Source: Mobula birostris (Eukaryota). From it: a DNA stretch of 64,000 bases. Shown in pieces: positions 11,501-21,668 of this stretch (position 1 is its first letter; every line of letters begins with the position of its first letter). The DNA lies in the NCBI RefSeq assembly GCF_030028105.1, contig NC_092379.1, positions 109,358,408-109,422,407 on the forward strand, given 5' to 3'. Under the pieces are notes generated by a model that saw only the letters and a program-made list of their open reading frames with translations, was not told the origin of the DNA and ran no database searches. The position numbers and the translations under genes are program-made.

Positions 11501-12794
11501 CCTTTACACTTATCATCATCATTTTTAAGTCGTGGAGATTCTGATGACCTTCAGAAGCCTATAGGGCTTTTTTCCCCTTTTGACAATGATAGCATTTCCA
11601 GTCTAAGAATAGCTTTTGCCTGTGATTAATTAGTTGTCCTATCTCCTGATCCTTGTCGTCCGAGTTAACCAATCCCTTCAGGTAGAGAAACCAGGAGACT
11701 CTTTGCATGTATTAATGATGGTGACTTCAGACCAGTGGACACTGGTTCCCGTGGACCCTCTGTGGACAACGTTGACTGGAAATTGTCAGGTTGTCAGTGA
11801 ATTTCTGACTGAGTAGAGCTTTCTTTTCAGGATCCTTGAAACCCTCAATATCGATATTCCAATGGTTAGAGTGTTTCTATTCCATCACTGTTCAGGGACA
11901 GTTTGATAATGATAACAGACCAGATTAGGCCGTGGTCTGTCTAGCCATCTTTGACACGATCTCACAAGTGAGTACTGTATGTTGTAAGGCAAATTGTAAA
12001 GCTGTTTCTGCTGTTTTAGCTCAAAGCAAAGAAACAGCATGGAGTGAACAAGCACACTTCTTTTGCACAACTTGTTAAGGAATGAAATGGTTTCAATAGT
12101 TAAGCTGTAGTGTGCAGAATGGATGCATTGAGCGAGGCAAAGCTTGTGTCAGAATTGAATCCTATCAGAAATTCACCTTGTTTTATTAAGAAAGTCATTA
12201 GCCATTGGGTTAGTGAGTTGGGGAGGGAGGGTGCTTCGGTGGAATGGGGGTGTGAGGTAAAAATAACATGTCTATTCGTTTAAGAGCAAAATTGCTAAGA
12301 ATACTTCAGAGACCACAACTGAGTTCCTACTATTATCAAGAGATCTGAGTAGATCTCTGACCAGGTCAATGATAGGGATGGGGCTGAGTTTGTGATGGGG
12401 GTTGCAGAAGCCATTTGTTAGTGAGTTCTGTTAATCCTTTTGTAGATATCACTGAGATTTGCAAGAACATTTGCAGAGGGGATTAAGCAATTTGGATTTG
12501 GAGGAATTGAAGATGGAGTTGAAGATTTTCAAAGCAGGCTTGATAAAGAGAGGATCATGATCAGCTCAACTCCCCAGGAACCTAATAGGCAGTCATTGCT
12601 GATGTATCCTTCGGAAGGCAGTGACCCAATCATCCAGTCCGTCCCAAGCAGGTCATGTATAAGGCTGAAAGGAATTTCTGTTCCACTGAAGACTTGAAAG
12701 CAGTTCTAAGCTATTTCACCTAATAGAATTTTTAGATAATAGAGTAATACTTTACTCAAATAATTTCACAATGAAACAATGGGAAAACTTTCTG

Positions 12795-13610
12795 GAGAAG
12801 ATGGCGCTGAGCTGCAATGCCTGTTGAGGTCGTGGCTTGGACTTAGACTTTTAGATTCAGGGGGATGGTTTTGGGGATAGCCCAGGGAGCTTAGGGACAG
12901 AAATGTGAAGGGATTAGAGGTCAGAGGCAGTAAGTGAAGAGTCAGGTGCAGCAGCTGATGATTGGAGTCCAGGTCAAAGACCTGGGTTGGGTCAGCAGTT
13001 GGTGAGGATGTAGACCAGTCAAGGACCATGGTCGGCGGGCCCCAATGATGAAGAACCAGTGACCCTTCAGGTAGGTCAGTCTCAGGGTCTGAGCTCTGTG
13101 TGAATCCAGAGGGCGAAGCCTGGAGTTCAAAATCCTGTCATCGGTGAGTCCTGGGGTTGATATCAGAGGTCGAAGCCTGAAGTTGAAGATCAAAGTTGGC
13201 ATGAAGGATGAAGCCCCGGAAGTTGGAAGCCTATTGCCTGCGAATCTGTGAGTCCTAGCCAGAAACTGTAGGCTGGGAACCAGATGACTATGAGTCTGAG
13301 AATTCAGGTCCAAGGATGGGAGTCAGAGGCCTAGAGATGGCCTATCTCGGGGTTGGAGGCCTATTTGTGTGAGTGGGTGCCTGGGAAGGTCAGAAAGGAA
13401 TTTACTTTGCTTTTGTTCCTGTGTTTGGTTGTTGCTGTTGTTGCTTGTGTTGCTCTGCTAGATGTTATGGACATGTTACTTTGGCACGTGTGGCAACACT
13501 AGCAGGCTGCTCCATCATACCCTTGTGTTGTGTTATCTGTGAACACAAACGACGCATTTCACTGTATGTTTCTGTATCTGTGTGATAAATAAATGAATCT
13601 GAACCTGAAC
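12795..13610 (+). mobile_element. Non-autonomous LINE-tailed element
   Basis: Begins GAAGATGGCG, has internal degenerate GAAGCCTGGAGTT repeats, and ends GCATTTCACTGTATG...GTGTGATAAATAAA(TCTGAA)n like the Rex/Babar tails in this window. No meaningful ORF. Confidence 0.55.
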
Positions 13611-13662
13611 AACCACGATCTTTAGTGAGTAAACATACAATCAAATTTAAGTATCTGTGGAT

Positions 13663-14154
13663 AAGATTCACTAGAATGATTCCGGGAATGAGAGGGTTAA
13701 CATATGAGGAACGTTTGTCCGCTCTTGGACTGTATTCCTTGGAGTTTAGAAGAATGAGGAGAGACCTCATAGAAACATTTCGAATGTTGAAAGGCATGGA
13801 CAGTGTGGATGTGGCAAAGTTGTTTCCCATGATGGGGGAGTCTAGTACAAGAGGGCATGACTTCAGGATTGAAGGGCGCCCTTTCAGAACAGAAATGCGA
13901 AGAAATTTTTTTAGTCAGAGGGTGGTGAATCAATGGAATTTGTTGCCACGGGCAGCAGTGGAGGCCACGTCATTGGGTGTATTTAAGGCAGAGATTGATA
14001 GGTATCTGAGTAGCCAAGGCATCAAAGGTTATGGTGAGAAGGCGGGGGAGTGGGACTAAATAGGATAAAATGGATCAGCTCATGATAAAATGGCGGAGCA
14101 GACTCGATGGGCTGAATGGCCTACTTCTGCTCCTTTGTCTTATGGTCTTATGGT
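13663..14154 (+). mobile_element. Young CR1 LINE, 5'-truncated 3' end
   Basis: Uninterrupted ORF2 C-terminus (RFTRMIPGM...GYGEKAGEWD*, stop at 14059) plus 3'UTR and (TCTTATGG)2 tail. About 97% identical by eye to 23577-24065. Confidence 0.95.
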
Positions 14155-14677
14155 GATATTTAAATATTTAAGGTCAGAGAGTGAATAATTATCTTTTGGA
14201 TTGGAAATGCAACAGGACCACAAGTACTAACACAATGACGGCATCAATGACATCTTCTTCAGCAGTTTTCTTGCCCAAAGTAATAAAAGCTTGGCTGTAC
14301 TTAGTGTTTTATCATTACTAGTTTTCTTGCTTTGCCCCTGTTGGCCCCTTAAAATCAATTCTCCTCTAGCCTGCATTGAGGAGCTAGTTGGGCAGGACAG
14401 TCTGACTTTCGGACTTCTGACAAACATGTCCTCCTCCAGTACAGAGGTGGGAGGCGACTTGTTTTCTGGCTCACAATTTCTTTCCAACTAGCAAACAGCA
14501 ATGATGAATAAAAGTTGAAGAAAAGAGCAACTACAGATTCTCTCCATCTTGTTAAAATCTTTTCACTTCCTCTGGGCCAGAAATGAATGACGCTTATTTT
14601 GAAACAGGATAAAAGTGGTACACGCATCATACTTCACTTCCTCATACATCGCACGGTCTTCATTACTCTTTAAGTAA

Positions 14678-15385
14678 TCGTTCAACGTGTGCAGCAGGAT
14701 GTTGGAGATCTTTTACCAGTCTTTTGTAGCGAGTGTAGCCTTCTTTGCAGCTTTATGTTGGGGGAGCAGTAATTGGTGTTGGTGATGCAAAAAGACTAAA
14801 TAAACTCATCAAAAAGGCTGGATCCATCCTTGGCTACAACCTGGACTCTTTTGAGTTAGTGGTGGAGAGGAGGTCGTTAAACACACCGTTAACCATTATG
14901 GACAATCTGACACATCCTCTCCATGACCTACTGAATAAGCAATGGAGCACCCTTTCAGACCGACTCATTCAGCTCCGGTGTCACAAGGATTGTTACAGAA
15001 AATCTTTCCTACCAAATGCAATGAGCACATCCAACAGTTCATCTCTGTGTGACAGGAGAACACACATCATAGTACAATAACAAACAAGAGAAAATCTACA
15101 GATGCCGGAAATCCAAACAACACACACAAAATGCTGGAGGAACTCAGCAGACTAGGTAGCATCCATGGAAAAAAGTACAGTCGACCTTTCGGGACAAGAC
15201 CCCTCGGCAGTAGTCTCTGTTTTATTATTTTTTACATTATTATTTCTCATTGGTAAATTATTATTGAGAATTATTATTCTGTACTTTATTATTAGTTAAG
15301 TCTGCACACTGCTAACTGTGTTTTTAAATGCTGCTGTAGTGAAAGAATTTCTCACTTAGGATCAATAAAGTACTTTATTATTATA
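14678..15385 (+). mobile_element. Rex1-like LINE 3' part, interrupted by a PLE terminus
   Basis: SFNVCSRMLEIFYQS, then KRLNKLIKKAGSILG...HPLHDLL...YRKSFLPNA; tail GGATCAATAAAGTA. Confidence 0.85.
15081..15210 (-). mobile_element. Solo PLE terminus with hammerhead variant (15178-15210)
   Basis: Minus strand starts CTGCCGA GGGG-TCTTGT-CCC GAAA GGTC GACTG and runs to the PLE end ...TTTTCTCTTGTTTG. Confidence 0.85.
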
Positions 15386-15521
15386 TTAATAACAATTATT
15401 ATTATTTAGTCACTGTTGGTTTTGAAGAAACAAAATGATCCACATCACAATCTCACAAACAACAAAAGAGATAACTATCCAGAGATCGATCTTTCATGGT
15501 GATGCTCGAGACACAGAGGCC

Positions 15522-15710
15522 AGCAGGGTGGTACTGTGGCCTACTAAAGTAGCACCAGAGAGATGGGTTGAAATCTGTCTTCGGATAGTGTCTGTGTGGA
15601 GTTTGGATGTTTTCCCAAGCCTGTTTTTTCTGGGTGCTCAGGTTTCTTCTCAAATCATAATAAAAGCCCGACTTGGTGGGCTGAACAGCCTGTTTCTGTG
15701 CTGGATGAAC
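15522..15710 (+). mobile_element. Degenerate V-SINE
   Basis: GTCTGTGTGGAGTTTG...CTGGGTGCTCAGGTTTCTTC (V-domain) followed by a CR1-like tail. Confidence 0.6.
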
Positions 15711-16050
15711 CTAGGACTCTATGGTAGTGTATGGATGAATAGAATCCTTCTTTGAATAGTGTTATGACATCTGTTATAAACAGATGCCATCGAAAAGACA
15801 CCTCTGCTGGTATTCTGTCAGTACTGGACCAAAATGTCAGTTGTGATTATGTTCTCAAATGTTGGTGTTGGAATCTTTTCCGAAGCAGACAGATTAAAAT
15901 TGACATAATTCAAATGTTGATCAAGCAAATAAAAATGTGTAGAAAAATATATCCCTTTCAAAGATGCAATTAATCTGAAAATATTTTACTATTTTACTTC
16001 CTGTGCCTCAAACAAAGGCAACGCTACCTTTTTTCTATTTATAGCAGTTC

Positions 16051-16194
16051 AGAGTGTTGATCTGAATTGTTGTCGGTAGAGTGTGGATACAACCGATGAG
16101 AGATTGACGTTGGGCTTTTGTCAGAGTGTTGATCTGAATTGTTGTCGGTAGAGTGTGGATACAACCGATGAGAGATTGACGTTGGGCTTTTGTC
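16051..16194. repeat. Perfect tandem duplication, 2 x 72 bp
   Basis: 16051-16122 is identical to 16123-16194 (AGAGTGTTGATCTG...GGGCTTTTGTC). Confidence 0.97.
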
Positions 16195-16714
16195 CACTGT
16201 TTTCTATGGCACATATTTACAAGAGTTGGAGAAAACAATTGAAAATCCTGAATTCCCAGTTGAATGGGAGATGGGTGGGACTGTTTTCCATTTCCCTCAA
16301 ATAGCAAGTCAGAAAGTTTGTTTCCATTTCATATTCTCAATAATTATTGGACTTGTTTTCTAGTAACTATAAGTTTACTATCTCGATGTCCCAAAGGGCA
16401 GTATCTTTACTTGCCTTTTAAAATCTGTTACTCATTTTTAATTAACCCTTTATGATATGAACCAGCCTTACAAATCTCCCTAATTCAGTTTGTTTAGGTG
16501 ATCACAAGAAGAGTAGCAGCATGGTTCACTGCTAGCAGTTTCGGATCAACTGTGAAGGGCGTGGGCAGAGGACTACCTACCATTAGTTACGCCTCCCAGT
16601 CACGACATAATCTCCCAACCTAGATAGGAAAGTTTATGTGGGATAAGAAAACGACTGGGCAGAAGTGTAACATGCTCTCTGACAGGCTGAATGATCTGTC
16701 TGCGAAGTGCATAA

Positions 16715-17250
16715 TTAATGAGGTAACCAAGAAAATCAATGAAGACGGGGCAGTAGACTTGATTTATACAGACTTTAGCAAGTTTTTTGACAAAGTCCTG
16801 TATGGTAGGTTGGTCCAAAGGTTAGGACATGAGGAATCCAAGACTGGAAAGGCTGCATTTATTCTCACTGGAACTCAGGAGGCTGATAGATGACTTGAAA
16901 TAAGTTTACAAAATTATGAATGACATAAGTAGATAGTCAGAGTCTTTTTTCCTAGTGCATGGGAGTCTAAAACTGGAGGACATACAGTAGGTTTAAGGAG
17001 TGAGGGAGGAATTTAAATGAGAGGCGAGGAGTCTTTCGCACAGAGGACGGTGGTTACATGAACAAGCTTCCAGCTGAATTTGTAGAGGCAGGTTCAAATG
17101 CAATGCTTAAAAAGAATTTGGATAGATACTTGGATAGGAAAGGAGTAGAGGGCCACAAGGCTGAATGTAGGCAAACGGGATTAGTGTAGATAGGCATCAC
17201 AATTGGCATGAATGAGTTGGGCCTGCTTCTGTGCTGTACAACTCCAACAC
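16715..17250 (+). mobile_element. CR1 fragment with internal deletion
   Basis: EVTKKINEDGAVDLIYTDFSKFFDKVLYGRLV joined directly to the ORF2 C-terminus and tail. Confidence 0.85.
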
Positions 17251-17289
17251 TCTGAGTAAACACATCACAGCAGTATCCAGGAAGAACGA

Positions 17290-17500
17290 AGCTGTTGAAA
17301 ATGGTAACTTTCAGGAGTAACATTGAACCAATGTTCTGATGCTCACGAGGAATTGAAAATAAATCCCATGCTGATATAGGGTATGCTCTACAGTATCCTG
17401 GCCCATATTTATCCTCCGTTAGTTCATTCAAAACAAAATTACCTCATCGTTACCTCACTGGTGTTTGAGGTATCCTTACGTGCACATTACGACAAACTCT
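17290..17500 (+). mobile_element. Deu-domain SINE remnant
   Basis: GTATCCTGGCCCATATTTATCCTC...AAAACAAAATTA...TCACTGGTGTTTGAGG resembles the Deu core. Confidence 0.55.
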
Positions 17501-17834
17501 ATATTTTAAATGCTTTTTTTTTTATTGGGAAACATTTTATCATGTCCGGAGATAACACTGCAGCAAATTGTTTCACAACTCAAGCAAAAAAATTATCCTC
17601 AGTTGGAATACGAGAAAAAGATGAAATGATGCTTGTAGTACTATATCCGCTTAGGCCTTAGGGGTTAAAGGATCAGGAAAGGGTTGAAGGGAGAAAAAGC
17701 AGCGACACAGGCCTGTCACAAACTAAGTCAGATTAAGCAAAATTACTTACAGGCTTCAAAATGATAAAGAGTACATTGTATTTTAAACATCATTTTATAT
17801 TATATTATTGTTGTGAGCAATACAAAAGAAAATG

Positions 17835-18000
17835 GTGACAGAGGCACTGGACACATTCGGGGAATCGTGAGTTATGGGGAGCTGACACAGAAAGGGGATG
17901 AACGCTGGGTGGATCATTTATGATCATATTGAACGGTGGGCAAGCTTTGGGGGCCCAGGTTGCTAAAATCTGTTCCTATTTCTTTCTGTTCATGTGTTTT
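17835..18000 (+). mobile_element. CR1 3' tail, degenerate
   Basis: GATCATATTGAACGGTGGGCAAGCTT...TTCCTATTTCTT..GTTCATGTGTT. Confidence 0.6.
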
Positions 18001-19296
18001 AAGTACATCTAACCATAAAAGTGAGTTACATCAAAGCATTAGTGGAAAACATGAGAAGATTGTTTACAAGGTGTCACATTGTTCAGTCTACAGTACTGAA
18101 TTCTTCGTTTCCTAATCATCTCCCTGATGTGACAAAAGGTGGTTAAGTGAAATTCAAAGTTTTGTTTAATCATACAGCTTAGTTGTAGGCAGCTAATTGC
18201 CACAGATGACGTTAACATGTACGTTACATCAATTAATTTTGTAACTGAGGCAGATCAAACATTACATCCGACCTCCGTTTTCTTGTAATGATAGGGATAA
18301 AGGGAACAAAACCGACAGGAATTCTCACCCCTTTTGCTATTCACAGAGCCATGATAACATTGACAGCGTGGTTATAGCTTGAGGACTTGCATTCAGCTGT
18401 GATAACTCCTATATTCATATATCCTGTTGACAGTTACAAAAATTGAAGCTGATAAGTTTGGCAAGGCATTGGAGTTTTGTTTCTCCTGTTGACACATCGG
18501 TTCACACATTTACTTTAACAGCTTTCAGAAAATTTTGAACGCTATTATAAAAGTGCAGTCAGCTGCACTAGAAATCTGCACAAAGAGATTTTATATGAAT
18601 TTATTCAGAAAAAAAAACAAACTCCTTTGGAATGTGGTTCGTCGTTTTAAATGTAAGAAACAGATTTATTTAAAAGCAGAAATTGAACCCATACCATGCA
18701 CATCCCTTCCTGAATTTCTGAAGAAACCACTGACACATTAAGCAGGTTTATGATACACAATTTTAGATCGACTGCTCACAGATATCAATCAGTTGGGTAT
18801 AATGGAAACGTGTATCCATGTGGGGCAGCTGAGTTGCGCTCACAAAATAAATCATCAGATAGCTTGTGCAGCCCCTACGGGCATGAAAACATTTGATTTG
18901 GTCCTCATGTGAATATGCTGGCATATGGATTAGTGGTCCAAGCAGAATAGAAAATAGTTTTTCAACCAATTCATCCCTGGTTTGTAGCACTGCAGCGCCA
19001 AGGCATTGTAGTCTGCCTCTGAAGTTCATTCCATCGTCATCAATGGAATATGTGGAAGGAGAAACCAAAGAGGAACGCCAGCATTTTCTGTTTTTTTCAC
19101 CTCAGATTGTTGCCATTAGTCATTGGTTCTCGTCAGTTCCCACTTACTACCTGTCAATATTGGAAACATTCCTCACTAAATATGGCATAAATTGCATAAA
19201 TAATTTCTCAGAGACAGATTCCTGGGATGCACAGGAGTTTGCTTATTACAGTGTGCAATGCAGTGTAATTATTCAATACAATACCATTTCAATATA

Positions 19297-19858
19297 AACT
19301 CAGTAGCCACTTTATTAGGTACCTCCTGTAACCAATAAAGTGGTCATTGAGTGTATGTTCATGGTTTTCTGCTGTTTTAGCCCATCCACTTCAAGGTTTA
19401 CTCTGTTGTGTGTTAGAGGTGCTCTTCTGCACATCAATGTTACAACATATGGTTATTTAGTTACAGTACTGTCTCCTTCTGTCAGCTCAAAACCAGTCTG
19501 ACCATTCTCCTCTGACCTCTCTCATTAATAAGGCATTTTCACTCACAGAACTACCGTTCACTGAATGTTTTCGCATAATTCTCTGTAAACTTGAGAGACT
19601 ATTGTGCATGAAAATCCCAGGAGATCGGCAGTTTCTGATGTACTCAAACCACTCCATCTGGCACCAACAATCTTTCCACGGTCAAAGTAACCTGGATCAT
19701 ATTTCTTCCCCAGTATGATGTTTGGTCTGAACAACAGCTAACTCTCTTGACCATGTCTGCATGCTTTTATACATTGAGTTGCTGCCACATGATTGGCTGA
19801 TTAGTTATTTGCATTAATGAACAGGTGTACAGCAGTACCTAATAAAGTAGCCACTATG
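19297..19858 (-). mobile_element. Non-autonomous Tc1 element ending in a TIR-TIR mini-hairpin
   Basis: TIR CAGTAGCCACTTTATTAGGTAC at 19301, with inverted copies at about 19328-19353 and 19835-19855. Body is the reverse complement of 34430-34932. Confidence 0.85.
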
Positions 19859-20213
19859 TAGGAAAATAGGATTTTAAGACACCCTGCTAAGCCCATGATT
19901 TTTCTTCTATGTCTTTTGTGTCTTTGACATGATGACTCATTGAAAACTCAGTGTGCATGGTTGCATTCATCAGTATGCAATGAATACCATTGAACTGCAG
20001 CTGTGGTTTGTGTCTGAGCATGTATGGTCCATGAATGTATTCAAAGTTTAAATTTATTATCATGTTACCATATACAACCCTGAGATTCATTTTCTTCTGT
20101 ACAGACTCAATAAATCTACAGAATAATAACCAAAATAGAATCAATGAAAGAGCAACTCACACAAAATGCAGGAGGAGCTCAGCAGGTCAGGCAGCATCTA
20201 TGGTAAAAAAGTA

Positions 20214-20251
20214 CCATCGCCGTTTCGGGCCGAAAGCCTTCAACAGGACTG
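20214..20251 (-). ncRNA. Degenerate hammerhead ribozyme (inverted pLTR)
   Basis: CAGTC CTGTTGA AGGCTTTCGGCCC GAAA CGGC GATGG. Confidence 0.55.
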
Positions 20252-21630
20252 GAGAGAAAAAGCTGAAGAGTAAAACTGGGCACACCAATGTTGCAAGCCT
20301 ACACTAGTGACTGTCCCGCACTTTTCCTACGCTACATTGACGACTGCATTGGTGTTGCTTCCTGCACCTGTGCCAAACTCGTCGATTTCATCCACTTTGC
20401 CTCCAACTTCCACCCAGCCCTCAAATTTACCTGGTCCATTTCCGACACTCCCCTTCCTTTCTTGATCTCACTGTCTCTATCTTGGGACACAGCTTATCCA
20501 CTGTTATCTATTAATAACCAACGGACTCTCACAGCTACCTGGACTACACCTTGGTCCCACCCTGCAACTTGTAAAAATGCCATCCCCTTCTCTCAATTCC
20601 TTCGTCTCTACCACATCTGCTCTCAGGATGAGGCTTTTCATTCTATGGTTGTAGAACGAAGATGTCCTCCTTTTTCAAAGAAAAGAGTTTCCCTTCCTCG
20701 ACCATCAATGCTGTCATCAGCCGCATCTCTTTCCTTTCACACATGTCTGCACTTACCAGGGATAGGTTTCCTCTTGTCCTCACCTACCACCCCATCAGCC
20801 TCCATGTCCAACCCATAATCCTCCAAAACTTCCGCCACCTTCAACTGGATCCCACCACCAAACACATCTTTCCCTCTGCCCCACTTCTGCTTTCTGCAGG
20901 TACTGCTCCCTACGTGACTCCCTTGTCCATTCGTTCCTACCCACTGATCTCCCTCCTGGCATTTATCCTTACAAGTGGAACAAGTGCCCCTACACCTCCT
21001 CCCTCACTACTATTCAGGGCCCCAAATAGACCTTCCAGGTGAGGTGACAATTCACCTGTGAGTCTGTTGGGGTCATATACTGTGCTCGGTGGTCCTGGTG
21101 TGAGCCCTTGTCTATCGGTGAGATCCGATGTAGATTGGGAGACCGCTTCGCAGAGCATCTGTGCTCTTTCCGCCAGAACAAGCGGGATCTCCCAGTGGCC
21201 ACCCCTTTTAATTCCACTTCCCATTCCCATTCCAATATGTCTACCCATGTCCTCCTCCACTGTCGTGATAAGGCCACACTCAGGTTGGAGGAACAACACC
21301 TTATATTCTGTTTGGGTAGCCTCCAACCCGATGGCATGTATATCAATTTCTCAAACATTCAGTAATGCCTCCACCTCCCCCCTCCCCTTCACAATTTCCC
21401 ATCCCCTTTTCCCTCTCTGGTGTTATCTACTTGCCCGCCCATTGCTCCCCCTCTGGTGCTTACCCACCTCACCCCTCTCTTTCTTCTTTCTTCCATGGTC
21501 TTCTGTCTCTTTCACCAATCAACTTCCCAGCTCTTTGCTTCATCCCTCCCCCTCCAAGTTTCTCCTATCGTCTAGCATTTCTCTCTTCCCTCTCCCCACC
21601 TTTCAAATCTACTCCTCAGCTTTTTTTCTC

Positions 21631-21668
21631 CAGTCCTGCCGAAGAGTTTCGGCCCAAAACGGCACCTG
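21631..21668 (+). ncRNA. Degenerate hammerhead ribozyme, CUGCCGA variant
   Basis: CAGTC CTGCCGA AGAGTTTCGGCCC AAAA CGGC ACCTG. Confidence 0.55.

Larger units (their letters stand above)
8880..12100 (-). mobile_element. Ancient RTE-clade LINE, fragmented by later insertions
   Basis: Minus-strand remnants occur in the expected order: DWFN...DQEIGQLI (about 11660), LIKAF...WQI..KFSCPQKFV (about 10400-10330), IDDE...STDFGQLRK (about 9925-9870), GGKRKHFKD (about 9635), SHIRAH C-terminal motif (about 8970). Confidence 0.65.

Noticed and set aside
14227-14630. Minus-strand ORFs preceded by an acceptor-like TGTTTGCTAG
   Set aside because: No matching strong donor and no recognisable peptide.
16051-16194. 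CRISPR-like or coding repeat
   Set aside because: Only two abutting units with no spacer, in a eukaryotic context.
16594-16606. TCCCAGTCACGAC match to the M13/lacZ primer site (vector contamination)
   Set aside because: Only about 13 nt, and the flanks do not continue into vector sequence.
18763-19297. Overlapping 101-aa and 134-aa ORFs as host exons
   Set aside because: No recognisable homology or convincing splice sites.
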